In this document: positions 1 through 6,807 of the stretch, in pieces
Position numbering within the stretch: position 1 is the stretch's first letter
Layout: the number at the start of each line of letters is the position of its first letter
DNA from: Escherichia phage AnnaIndermaur_Bas104
Sequence record: PQ850595.1
Strand: one strand, 5' to 3'
Length of the DNA: 40,334 nt
Position numbers and translations under genes: made by a program
Notes under the pieces: generated by a model
What the model was told of the DNA's origin: nothing
The model's input: the letters and a program-made list of their open reading frames with translations, nothing else
The model's database searches: none

Positions 1-204
1 ATGTTGTCTTTAGATTTCAACAACGAAATCGTAAAGGCGGCTCCGATTGTCGGGACGGGTGTGGTTGATGGTGCAGCCCGTCTCTTCTTTGGATTGTCGC
101 TAAACGAATGGTTCTATGTTGCTGCTATCGCCTACACAGTAGTTCAGATTGGTGCTAAGGTAGTCGATAAAGTAATTGATTGGAAGAAAGCAAATAAGGA
201 GTAG
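1..204 (+). CDS. 17.5: holin (T7 gp17.5 homolog), 67 aa
   Basis: ORF-track protein MLSLDFNNEIVKAAPIVGTG... is near-identical to T7 gp17.5 as I recall it; RBS GGAGG lies at the window 3' end (40322-40326), implying circular contiguity. Confidence 0.9.
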   Translation: MLSLDFNNEIVKAAPIVGTGVVDGAARLFFGLSLNEWFYVAAIAYTVVQIGAKVVDKVIDWKKANKE

Positions 205-208
205 CTTC

Positions 209-478
209 ATGGAAAAGGATAAGAGCCTTATTACGTTCTTAGAGATGTTGGACACTGCGATGGCTCAGCGTATGCTTGCGGACCTTTCGGACCCTGAGCG
301 CCGCTCTCCGCAACTCTATAACGCCATTAACAAACTGTTAGACCGTCACAAGTTCCAGATTGGTAAGTTGCAGCCGGATGTTCACATCTTGGGTGGCCTT
401 GCTGGTGCTCTTGAAGAGTACAAAGAGAAAGTCGGGGATAACGGCCTTACGGATGACGATATTTACACTTTACAGTGA
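209..478 (+). CDS. 18: terminase small subunit (T7 gp18 homolog), 89 aa
   Basis: MEKDKSLITFLEMLDTAMAQRMLADLSD... matches T7 gp18; AAGGAG RBS at 196-201; ORF-track start at 176 is an upstream in-frame extension. Confidence 0.9.
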   Translation: MEKDKSLITFLEMLDTAMAQRMLADLSDPERRSPQLYNAINKLLDRHKFQIGKLQPDVHILGGLAGALEEYKEKVGDNGLTDDDIYTLQ

Positions 479-572
479 TATACTCAAGGCCACTACCTAT
501 AGTGGTCTTTATGGATGTCATTGTCTATACGAGATGCTCCTACGTGAAATCTGAAAGTTAACGGGAGGCATT

Positions 573-1016
573 ATGCTGCAATTTTTACGTAAGCTAATCC
601 CTTGGGTTCTCGCTGGGATGCTATTCGGGTTAGGATGGCACCTAGGGTCAGACTCAATGGACGCTAAATGGAAACAGGAGGTACACAATGAGTACGTTAA
701 GAGAGTTGAGGCTACGGCGAGCACTCAAAGAGCAATCAATGAAATATCGGCTAAGTATCAAGAAGACATTGCCGCGCTGGAAGGGAGCACTGATAGGATT
801 ATTTCTGATTTGCGTAGCGACAATAAGTGGTTGCGCGTCAGAGTCAAAACTACCGGAGCCTCCGATGGTCAGTGTGGATTCGAGCCTGATGGTCGAGCCG
901 AACTTGACGACCGAGATGCTAAGCGTATTCTCGCAGTGACCCAGAGGGGCGACGCATGGATTCGTGCGTTACAGGATACTATTCGTGAACTGCAACATAA
1001 GCAGGAAATCAAGTAA
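573..1016 (+). CDS. 18.5: i-spanin, Rz-like (T7 gp18.5 homolog)
   Basis: N-terminal TM segment then coiled-coil; matches T7 gp18.5; GGAGG RBS upstream. Confidence 0.85.
   Translation: MLQFLRKLIPWVLAGMLFGLGWHLGSDSMDAKWKQEVHNEYVKRVEATASTQRAINEISAKYQEDIAALEGSTDRIISDLRSDNKWLRVRVKTTGASDGQCGFEPDGRAELDDRDAKRILAVTQRGDAWIRALQDTIRELQHKQEIK
688..939 (+). CDS. 18.7: o-spanin, Rz1-like lipoprotein embedded in +1 frame of 18.5 (T7 gp18.7 homolog)
   Basis: 83-aa ORF fully nested in 18.5; lipobox-like LICVATISGC signal; same length and arrangement as T7 18.7. Confidence 0.75.
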   Translation: MSTLRELRLRRALKEQSMKYRLSIKKTLPRWKGALIGLFLICVATISGCASESKLPEPPMVSVDSSLMVEPNLTTEMLSVFSQ

Positions 1017-1025
1017 GGAGGCAAC

Positions 1026-2786
1026 GTGTCTACTCAAGCCAATCGTAATGCGCTCGTAGTGGCGCAACTGAAAGGAGACTTCGTGGCGTTCCTGTTCGTC
1101 TTATGGAAGGCGTTAAACCTTCCGGTGCCCACTAAGTGTCAAATAGACATGGCTAAGGTACTGGCGAATGGAGAAAACAAGAAGTTTATCCTACAGGCTT
1201 TCCGTGGTATCGGTAAGTCATTCATCACATGTGCGTTCGTTGTGTGGTCCTTATGGAGAGACCCTCAGTTGAAGATACTCATTGTATCAGCCTCTAAGGA
1301 ACGTGCAGACGCTAACTCCATCTTCATTAAGAACATCATTGACCTTCTACCGTTCCTAGCTGAGTTAAAGCCAAGACCCGGACAGCGTGATTCTGTAATC
1401 AGCTTTGACGTTGGCCCAGCTAAACCTGACCACTCTCCTAGTGTTAAATCAGTAGGTATCACTGGTCAGTTAACTGGTAGCCGTGCTGACATTATCATTG
1501 CGGATGACGTTGAGATTCCGTCTAACAGTGCGACTATGGGTGCCCGTGAGAAGCTATGGACTCTCGTTCAGGAGTTTGCTGCGTTACTTAAACCGCTGCC
1601 ATCCTCTCGCGTTATCTACCTTGGTACACCTCAGACCGAGATGACTCTCTATAAGGAACTTGAGGATAACCGTGGGTACACCACTATCATCTGGCCTGCT
1701 CTGTACCCAAGGACGCATGAAGAGAACCTCTATTACGCACAACGTCTTGCGCCTATGCTACGCGCTGAGTACGATGAGAACCCTGAGGCACTCGCTGGGA
1801 CTCCTACAGACCCTGTGCGCTTTGACCGTGATGACCTCCGCGAGCGTGAGTTGGAATACGGTAAGGCTGGCTTCACACTACAGTTCATGCTTAACCCGAA
1901 CCTGAGTGATGCCGAGAAGTACCCTCTGAGGCTCCGTGACGCTATCGTAGCGGCCTTAGACTTAGAGAAGGCCCCAATGCATTACCAGTGGCTTCCGAAC
2001 CGTCAGAACATCATTGAGGACCTTCCTAACGTGGGTCTTAAAGGTGATGACCTGCATACCTATCATGATTGTTCCAACAACTCAGGTCAGTATCAACAGA
2101 AGATTCTGGTCATTGACCCTAGTGGTCGCGGTAAGGACGAAACAGGTTACGCTGTGCTGTACACCTTGAACGGTTACATCTACCTTATGGAAGCTGGAGG
2201 TTTCCGTGATGGCTACTCCGATAAGACCCTTGAGTTGCTCGCTAAGAAAGCGAAGCAATGGGGAGTCCAGACGGTTGTCTATGAGAGTAACTTCGGTGAT
2301 GGTATGTTCGGTAAGGTATTCAGTCCTATCCTTCTTAAACACCACAACTGTGCGATGGAAGAGATTCGTGCTCGTGGTATGAAGGAGATGCGTATTTGTG
2401 ATACCCTTGAGCCAGTCATGCAGACTCACCGCCTTGTCATTCGTGATGAGGTCATTAGGGCCGACTATCAGTCCGCTCGTGATGTAGACGGTAAGCATGA
2501 CATTAAGTATTCACTGTTCTACCAGATGACCCGTATCACCCGTGATAAAGGCGCTCTGGCTCACGATGACCGATTAGATGCCCTTGCGTTAGGCGTTGAG
2601 TATCTCCGTGAGTCCATGCAGTTGGATTCCATTAAGGTCGAAGGTGAAGTGCTTGCTGACTTCCTTGAGGAGCACATGATGCGTCCTACAGTGTCTGCTA
2701 CCCACATCATTGAGATGTCTGTGGGAGGGGTTGATGTGTACTCTGAGGACGATGAGGGTTACGGTACGTCTTTCATTGAGTGGTGA
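1026..2786 (+). CDS. 19: terminase large subunit (T7 gp19 homolog), 586 aa, GTG start
   Basis: 586 aa, same length as T7 gp19 and near-identical; Walker A-like FRGIGKS motif; GGAGG RBS before GTG at 1026. Confidence 0.95.
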   Translation: MSTQANRNALVVAQLKGDFVAFLFVLWKALNLPVPTKCQIDMAKVLANGENKKFILQAFRGIGKSFITCAFVVWSLWRDPQLKILIVSASKERADANSIFIKNIIDLLPFLAELKPRPGQRDSVISFDVGPAKPDHSPSVKSVGITGQLTGSRADIIIADDVEIPSNSATMGAREKLWTLVQEFAALLKPLPSSRVIYLGTPQTEMTLYKELEDNRGYTTIIWPALYPRTHEENLYYAQRLAPMLRAEYDENPEALAGTPTDPVRFDRDDLRERELEYGKAGFTLQFMLNPNLSDAEKYPLRLRDAIVAALDLEKAPMHYQWLPNRQNIIEDLPNVGLKGDDLHTYHDCSNNSGQYQQKILVIDPSGRGKDETGYAVLYTLNGYIYLMEAGGFRDGYSDKTLELLAKKAKQWGVQTVVYESNFGDGMFGKVFSPILLKHHNCAMEEIRARGMKEMRICDTLEPVMQTHRLVIRDEVIRADYQSARDVDGKHDIKYSLFYQMTRITRDKGALAHDDRLDALALGVEYLRESMQLDSIKVEGEVLADFLEEHMMRPTVSATHIIEMSVGGVDVYSEDDEGYGTSFIEW

Positions 2787-2865
2787 TTTATGCAGTAGGA
2801 TTGCATAGGGATTCATTAGAGACCACGGAAGGTCGATTTTTAAGTTATTGAATATAAAGAGAAAT

Positions 2866-2888
2866 CAATTCGACTCACTATAGGGAGA
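2866..2888 (+). promoter_or_regulatory. T7 RNAP promoter phiOR (slightly degenerate -17..-12)
   Basis: caattCGACTCACTATAGGGAGA; position upstream of 19.5 as in T7. Confidence 0.7.
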
Positions 2889-3042
2889 GGAGGGACGAAA
2901 GGTTACTATATAGATACTGAATGAATACTTATAGAGTGCATAAAGTATGCATAGTAGTGTACCTAAAGTGACCTCTAAGAATGGTGATTATATTATATTA
3001 ATATCACCTTAACTTAAAGACCAACATAAAGGGAGGAGACTA

Positions 3043-3192
3043 ATGTTCCGCTTATTGTTGAACCTATTGCGGCATAGAGTCACCTACCGCTTTCTTATGG
3101 TACTTTGTGCTGCCATTGGGTACGCATCGCTTACTGGAGACCTCAGTTCACTGGAGTCTACCGTTTGCTCTTTACTCACTTGTAGCGATTAG
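3043..3192 (+). CDS. 19.5: gp19.5 homolog, 49 aa small hydrophobic protein
   Basis: MFRLLLNLLRHRVTYRFLMVLCAAIGYASLTGDLSSLES... matches T7 gp19.5; GGGAGGAG RBS; below the 60-aa ORF-track cutoff. Confidence 0.8.
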   Translation: MFRLLLNLLRHRVTYRFLMVLCAAIGYASLTGDLSSLESTVCSLLTCSD

Positions 3193-3432
3193 GGTCTTCC
3201 TGACCGACTGATGGCTCACCGAGGGATTCAGCGGTATGATTGCATCACACCACTTCATCCCTATAGAGTCAAGTCCTAAGGTATACCCATAAAGAGCCTC
3301 TAATGGTCTATCCGTAAGGTCTATACCTAAAGATAGGCCATCCTATCAGTGTCACCTAAAGAGGGCCTTAGAGAGGGCCTAAGGAGTCCCTAGAGGGTCC
3401 TTTAAAATATACCATAAAAATCTGAGTGACTA

Positions 3433-3600
3433 TCTCACAGTGTACGGACCCAAAGTTCCCCCATAGGGGTCCCTAAAGCCCAGCCAATCACCTTGAGTCA
3501 ACTTTCAGTTGACTTTGAGGGTCCCTAAGGGTTGGGGTTGGTCCTTTGGGTTTGTCTTTGAGTGTTTCGTTGTGTCCCTATCTGTTACAACCTCCTAAAG
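3433..3600. repeat. terminal repeat (single collapsed copy) / concatemer junction between genome right and left ends
   Basis: starts TCTCACAGTGTACGGACC..., homologous to the T7 160-bp terminal repeat; right-end sequence precedes it and left-end promoters follow; exact TR limits in this phage are not determinable from one copy. Confidence 0.6.
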
Positions 3601-3707
3601 TCACCTCCTAAAGTCACCTCCTAAAGTCACCTCCTAAAGTCACCTCCTAAAGTCACCTCCTAAAGTCACCTCCTAAAGTCACCTCCTAAAGTCACCTCCT
3701 AAAGTCA
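3591..3707. repeat. perfect tandem array, 9 x 13 bp (CCTCCTAAAGTCA)
   Basis: read directly; T7 has only degenerate CCTAAAG-containing copies here. Confidence 0.9.
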
Positions 3708-3777
3708 TTCCTACCGTCTACAGCCTAAAGCCTAAACCTAAAGACCCATCAAGTCAACGCCTATCTTAAAGTATCCT

Positions 3778-3801
3778 CTAAAGACCAGCCTAAAGACCAG
3801 C
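3778..3801. repeat. 2 x 12 bp tandem repeat (CTAAAGACCAGC)
   Basis: read directly. Confidence 0.7.
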
Positions 3802-3849
3802 CTAAAGCCTATCCCATAGATGCCTTGTTGTTATCTATAAAGAGATACC

Positions 3850-3888
3850 CTTTAATCATTGTCTTTAATCATTGTCTTTAATCATTGT
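3850..3888. repeat. 3 x 13 bp tandem repeat (CTTTAATCATTGT) abutting phiOL
   Basis: read directly; single copy in T7 as recalled. Confidence 0.85.
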
Positions 3889-3891
3889 CTT

Positions 3892-3914
3892 TAATACGAC
3901 TCACTATAGAGAGA
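3892..3914 (+). promoter_or_regulatory. T7 RNAP promoter phiOL (left-end, secondary origin region)
   Basis: TAATACGACTCACTATAGAGAGA. Confidence 0.75.
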
Positions 3915-3934
3915 CTACTTAAAGAGAACTTAAA

Positions 3935-3953
3935 AGAGAGAGAGAGAGAGAGA
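3935..3953. repeat. (AG)n dinucleotide microsatellite, ~9.5 units
   Basis: agagagagagagagagaga read directly. Confidence 0.85.
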
Positions 3954-3978
3954 AATTAAAGTTTTTAAAAAAAGAGTA

Positions 3979-4007
3979 TTGACTTAAAGAGTCCTAGGGG
4001 TTACTAT
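3979..4007 (+). promoter_or_regulatory. host sigma70 early promoter A1
   Basis: TTGACT -35, 17-bp spacer, TACTAT -10; position and flanks as T7 A1. Confidence 0.75.
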
Positions 4008-4104
4008 TCATCTCGTCAACGGGACAACGGCCCAAAGCCACTCCCTGAGATACCGGAGTCAACCGGATAAGTAGGCAGCCTGTAAGCCATACGAAAAACA
4101 GGTA

Positions 4105-4134
4105 TTGACAACACGCAGTAACATGCAGTAAGAT
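4105..4134 (+). promoter_or_regulatory. host sigma70 early promoter A2
   Basis: TTGACA -35, 18-bp spacer, TAAGAT -10. Confidence 0.75.
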
Positions 4135-4212
4135 ACACAGCGTCAATCGGTAGCACACGGTGTCTTCTAGGTGACTTAAGCGCACCACGGCACATAAGGT
4201 GAAACAAAATGG

Positions 4213-4241
4213 TTGACAACATGCAGTAAACACGGTATGAT
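4213..4241 (+). promoter_or_regulatory. host sigma70 early promoter A3
   Basis: TTGACA -35, 17-bp spacer, TATGAT -10. Confidence 0.75.
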
Positions 4242-4338
4242 GTACCACATGAAACGACAGTGAGTCACCACACTGAAAGGTGATGCGGTCTAACGAAACC
4301 TGACCAAAGACGCTCTTTAACAATCTGGTAAATAGTAG

Positions 4339-4626
4339 GGATAGTGTCGTGATAGGCCAACTAACTTAAGGTAACTATCATGAAGACATTAACGCGAAAA
4401 GATATACTAGAAGCACTCAAAGGTGTAGCGATAGATGCACAATGTGTTCGGGTTAAAGTGTTAGATTATACCAATAATCCGCTTGCCCCTGAAAAAGTAG
4501 CATACAGTATCACATACAAGGAGTTTGGTGTAAGCAGGAAGGTGGTCTACTACCCGAATACTGTAGGTTTTCAATTCGTAAGATAAAGATAGCGCTGGCA
4601 TTAGCCGGCCTATCACGACACTATCC
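4339..4626 (+). mobile_element. 288-bp cassette bounded by perfect 20-bp terminal inverted repeats, carrying one 68-aa ORF; possible TAG flanking duplication
   Basis: GGATAGTGTCGTGATAGGCC at 4339-4358 is the exact reverse complement of GGCCTATCACGACACTATCC at 4607-4626; TAG on both flanks; T7 as recalled has no sequence between GGTAAATAG and CTCTTGAGTGCATGAC. Confidence 0.6.
4380..4586 (+). CDS. hypothetical protein, 68 aa (cargo of the inverted-repeat cassette)
   Basis: intact ORF with ATG and TAA; uses AUA, CUA, AGG, AGA, CGG codons that are rare in the flanking T7-like genes; no recognisable homolog from memory. Confidence 0.55.
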   Translation: MKTLTRKDILEALKGVAIDAQCVRVKVLDYTNNPLAPEKVAYSITYKEFGVSRKVVYYPNTVGFQFVR

Positions 4627-4629
4627 TAG

Positions 4630-4700
4630 CTCTTGAGTGCATGACTAGCGGATAACTCAAGGGTATCGCAAGATGCCCTTTATGATATCCACTAACAACA
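4630..4700 (+). promoter_or_regulatory. RNase III processing hairpin R0.3 (approximate limits)
   Basis: CTCTTGAGTGCATGACTAGCGGATAACTCAAGGG... imperfect hairpin conserved with the T7 R0.3 site. Confidence 0.5.
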
Positions 4701-4717
4701 CTATGAGGTAACACAAG

Positions 4718-5065
4718 ATGGCTATGTTCAACACTACTTACAGCAACGTTTTCGACTACGCTTACGAAATGCTGAAAGAAAACATCCGTTATGATGACAT
4801 CCGCAGAATTGACGACCTGCACGATGCTATTCATATGGCTGCCGATGATGCGGTCCCTCACTACTATAATGACATCTTTAGTGTAATGGCAAGCGATGGC
4901 ATTGATTTTGAATTTGAGGACTCTGGTCTTATGCCGAACACCAAGGACGTAACCCGCATTCTACAGGCTCGCATCTATGAGCAACTCACTAGCGACCTTT
5001 GGGCAGACGCTGAGGACTTACTGAACGAGTACCTTGAGGAAGTCGAGGAAGAGGAAGAAGAGTAA
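4718..5065 (+). CDS. ocr: Ocr anti-restriction protein (T7 gp0.3 homolog), 115 aa
   Basis: [29 protein letters not shown]... matches T7 Ocr; acidic, poly-Glu C-terminus. Confidence 0.9.
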   Translation: MAMFNTTYSNVFDYAYEMLKENIRYDDIRRIDDLHDAIHMAADDAVPHYYNDIFSVMASDGIDFEFEDSGLMPNTKDVTRILQARIYEQLTSDLWADAEDLLNEYLEEVEEEEEE

Positions 5066-5217
5066 TGACTAATAGCACGCAATATGGTCTGACCGCTCAA
5101 ACTGTGCTGTTCTATAGTGACATGGTGCGCTGCGGGTTTGATTGGTCGCTCGCAATGGCACACCTTAAGGAACTGTACGAAAACAACAAGGCAATAGCTT
5201 TGGAATCTGCTGAGTGA
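5065..5217 (+). CDS. 0.4: gp0.4 homolog (FtsZ inhibitor in T7), 50 aa
   Basis: [50 protein letters not shown], near-identical to T7 gp0.4; TAATG overlap with ocr stop. Confidence 0.8.
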   Translation: MTNSTQYGLTAQTVLFYSDMVRCGFDWSLAMAHLKELYENNKAIALESAE

Positions 5218-5279
5218 TAGACTAAAGGTCGCTCCTAGCGAGTGGCCTTTATGATTATCATTCTATGAGGATTAAACGC

Positions 5280-5450
5280 ATGACGACTGGAATCTTTATG
5301 GCAACCGTTGCAGTATTCGTAGCGATGGGATGGCGTAGCACCGCGTTGGAGCGCTCAAAGTTCCTTAAGCAACGTGATGCACTACTAGAGAAGTTTGACT
5401 CTGAGGGGCGCGGTCAGGAAGCTCTGGAGGCAATAAAGTGCTATCGCTAA
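5280..5450 (+). CDS. hypothetical small membrane protein, 56 aa (occupies T7 0.5 position, not homologous)
   Basis: GAGGA RBS 8 nt before ATG at 5280; one predicted TM segment (GIFMATVAVFVAMGW). Confidence 0.5.
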   Translation: MTTGIFMATVAVFVAMGWRSTALERSKFLKQRDALLEKFDSEGRGQEALEAIKCYR

Positions 5451-5635
5451 TTATCATCACTGGTTACGCTCTAATCCTATACGTGTTCCTTAGAGACTTC
5501 CGCAAGGGTATAAAGGCCCACAAAGCAACGCTAAGTTACTTTAAATACGGATTCCTACCACGGTTTACGGTACGTGAACACAACGGGCGCTTTAAGGCGA
5601 ACAAAGTAGGCATCTTTTACGTAGCAACTCATTAA
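5438..5635 (+). CDS. hypothetical small membrane protein, 65 aa, GTG start (occupies T7 0.6 position)
   Basis: GGAGG RBS at 5426-5430; hydrophobic N-terminus [17 protein letters not shown]. Confidence 0.5.
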   Translation: MLSLIIITGYALILYVFLRDFRKGIKAHKATLSYFKYGFLPRFTVREHNGRFKANKVGIFYVATH

Positions 5636-5657
5636 TCACACTTGGAGAATACATAAA

Positions 5658-6737
5658 GTGAACATTACCGACATCATGAACGCTATCGACGCAATCAAAG
5701 CACTGCCAATCTGTGAACTTGACAAACGTCAAGGTATGCTTATTGACTTACTGGTAGAGATGGTCAACAGCGAAACATGCGATGGCGAGATAACCGAACT
5801 GAATCAGGCACTTGAGTTTCAAGACTGGTGGACTACCTTGAAGTGTCTCACGGCTGACGCAGGATTCAAGATGCTCGGTAATGGTCACTTCTCGGCTGCT
5901 TATAGTCACCCGTTGCTGCCTAACAGGGTGATTAAGGTGGGCTTTAAGAAAGAGGATTCAGGCGCAGCATACACCGCATTCTGCCGAATGTATCAGGGCC
6001 GTGCTGGTATCCCTAACGTCTACGATGTACAGCGTCACGCTGGATGCTATACGGTTGTACTCGATGCACTGAATGATTGCGAGCGTTTCAACAATGATGA
6101 ACATTATAAATACGCTGAGATTGCAAGCGACATCATTGACTACAAATCAGATGAGCACGATGGGCTAACTGGGTGGGATGGCGAGTTCGTCGAGACTTGC
6201 AAGCTAATCCGCAAGTTCTTTGAGGGCATCGCTTCGTTCGACATGCACAGTGGGAACATCATGTTCGATGATAATGATGTACCATACATTACCGACCCTG
6301 TATCGTTCTCACAGAAGAAAGACGGTGGCGCATTTAGCATCGACCCTGAGGAACTCATCAAGGAAGTCGAGGAGGTCGCACGTCAGAAGGAAATTGACCG
6401 CGCTAAGGAACGTAAAGCACGTCATGTGGGTCGATTGGAGGCACGCAGATTCAAACGTCGCAACCGCAAGGCACGTAAAGTACACCAAGCGAAGCACAAG
6501 CGAATGGTCGCTGCGTGGCGAATGGCTGAACGTCAAGAACGACGTAACCATGAGAGAGCTGTAGATGTACTAGGAAGAACCGATAACGCTATGCTCTGGG
6601 TCAACATGTTCGCTGGGGACTTTAAGGCGCTTGAGGAACGAATCGCAGCGCACTGGTGTAAAGCTGACCGAATGGCTATCGCTAATGGTCTTCCGCTTAA
6701 CATCGACAAGAAACTTGACGCAATGCTAATGGGCTGA
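5658..6737 (+). CDS. 0.7: serine/threonine protein kinase / host transcription shut-off (T7 gp0.7 homolog), 359 aa, GTG start
   Basis: same length as T7 gp0.7 and near-identical over the full length. Confidence 0.9.
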   Translation: MNITDIMNAIDAIKALPICELDKRQGMLIDLLVEMVNSETCDGEITELNQALEFQDWWTTLKCLTADAGFKMLGNGHFSAAYSHPLLPNRVIKVGFKKEDSGAAYTAFCRMYQGRAGIPNVYDVQRHAGCYTVVLDALNDCERFNNDEHYKYAEIASDIIDYKSDEHDGLTGWDGEFVETCKLIRKFFEGIASFDMHSGNIMFDDNDVPYITDPVSFSQKKDGGAFSIDPEELIKEVEEVARQKEIDRAKERKARHVGRLEARRFKRRNRKARKVHQAKHKRMVAAWRMAERQERRNHERAVDVLGRTDNAMLWVNMFAGDFKALEERIAAHWCKADRMAIANGLPLNIDKKLDAMLMG

Positions 6738-6807
6738 TAGTCTTATCTTACAGGTCATCTGCGGGTGGCCTGAATAGATACGATTCACTAACCGGAAGAG
6801 GCACTAA

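Noticed and set aside
176-478. 100-aa version of gene 18 starting inside the holin gene
   Set aside because: The ATG at 209 has the RBS and matches the T7 gp18 N-terminus; the upstream codons are a read-through artefact. The same applies to 9691-10050 versus gene 1.2 at 9778.
3591-3707. possible CRISPR array
   Set aside because: The 13-bp units are directly contiguous with no spacers, and no cas genes are present; it is a simple tandem repeat.
4016-4323. 109-aa and 68-aa minus-strand ORFs in the early leader
   Set aside because: The region holds promoters A1-A3 and is non-coding in T7; the ORFs are on the untranscribed strand with no signals.
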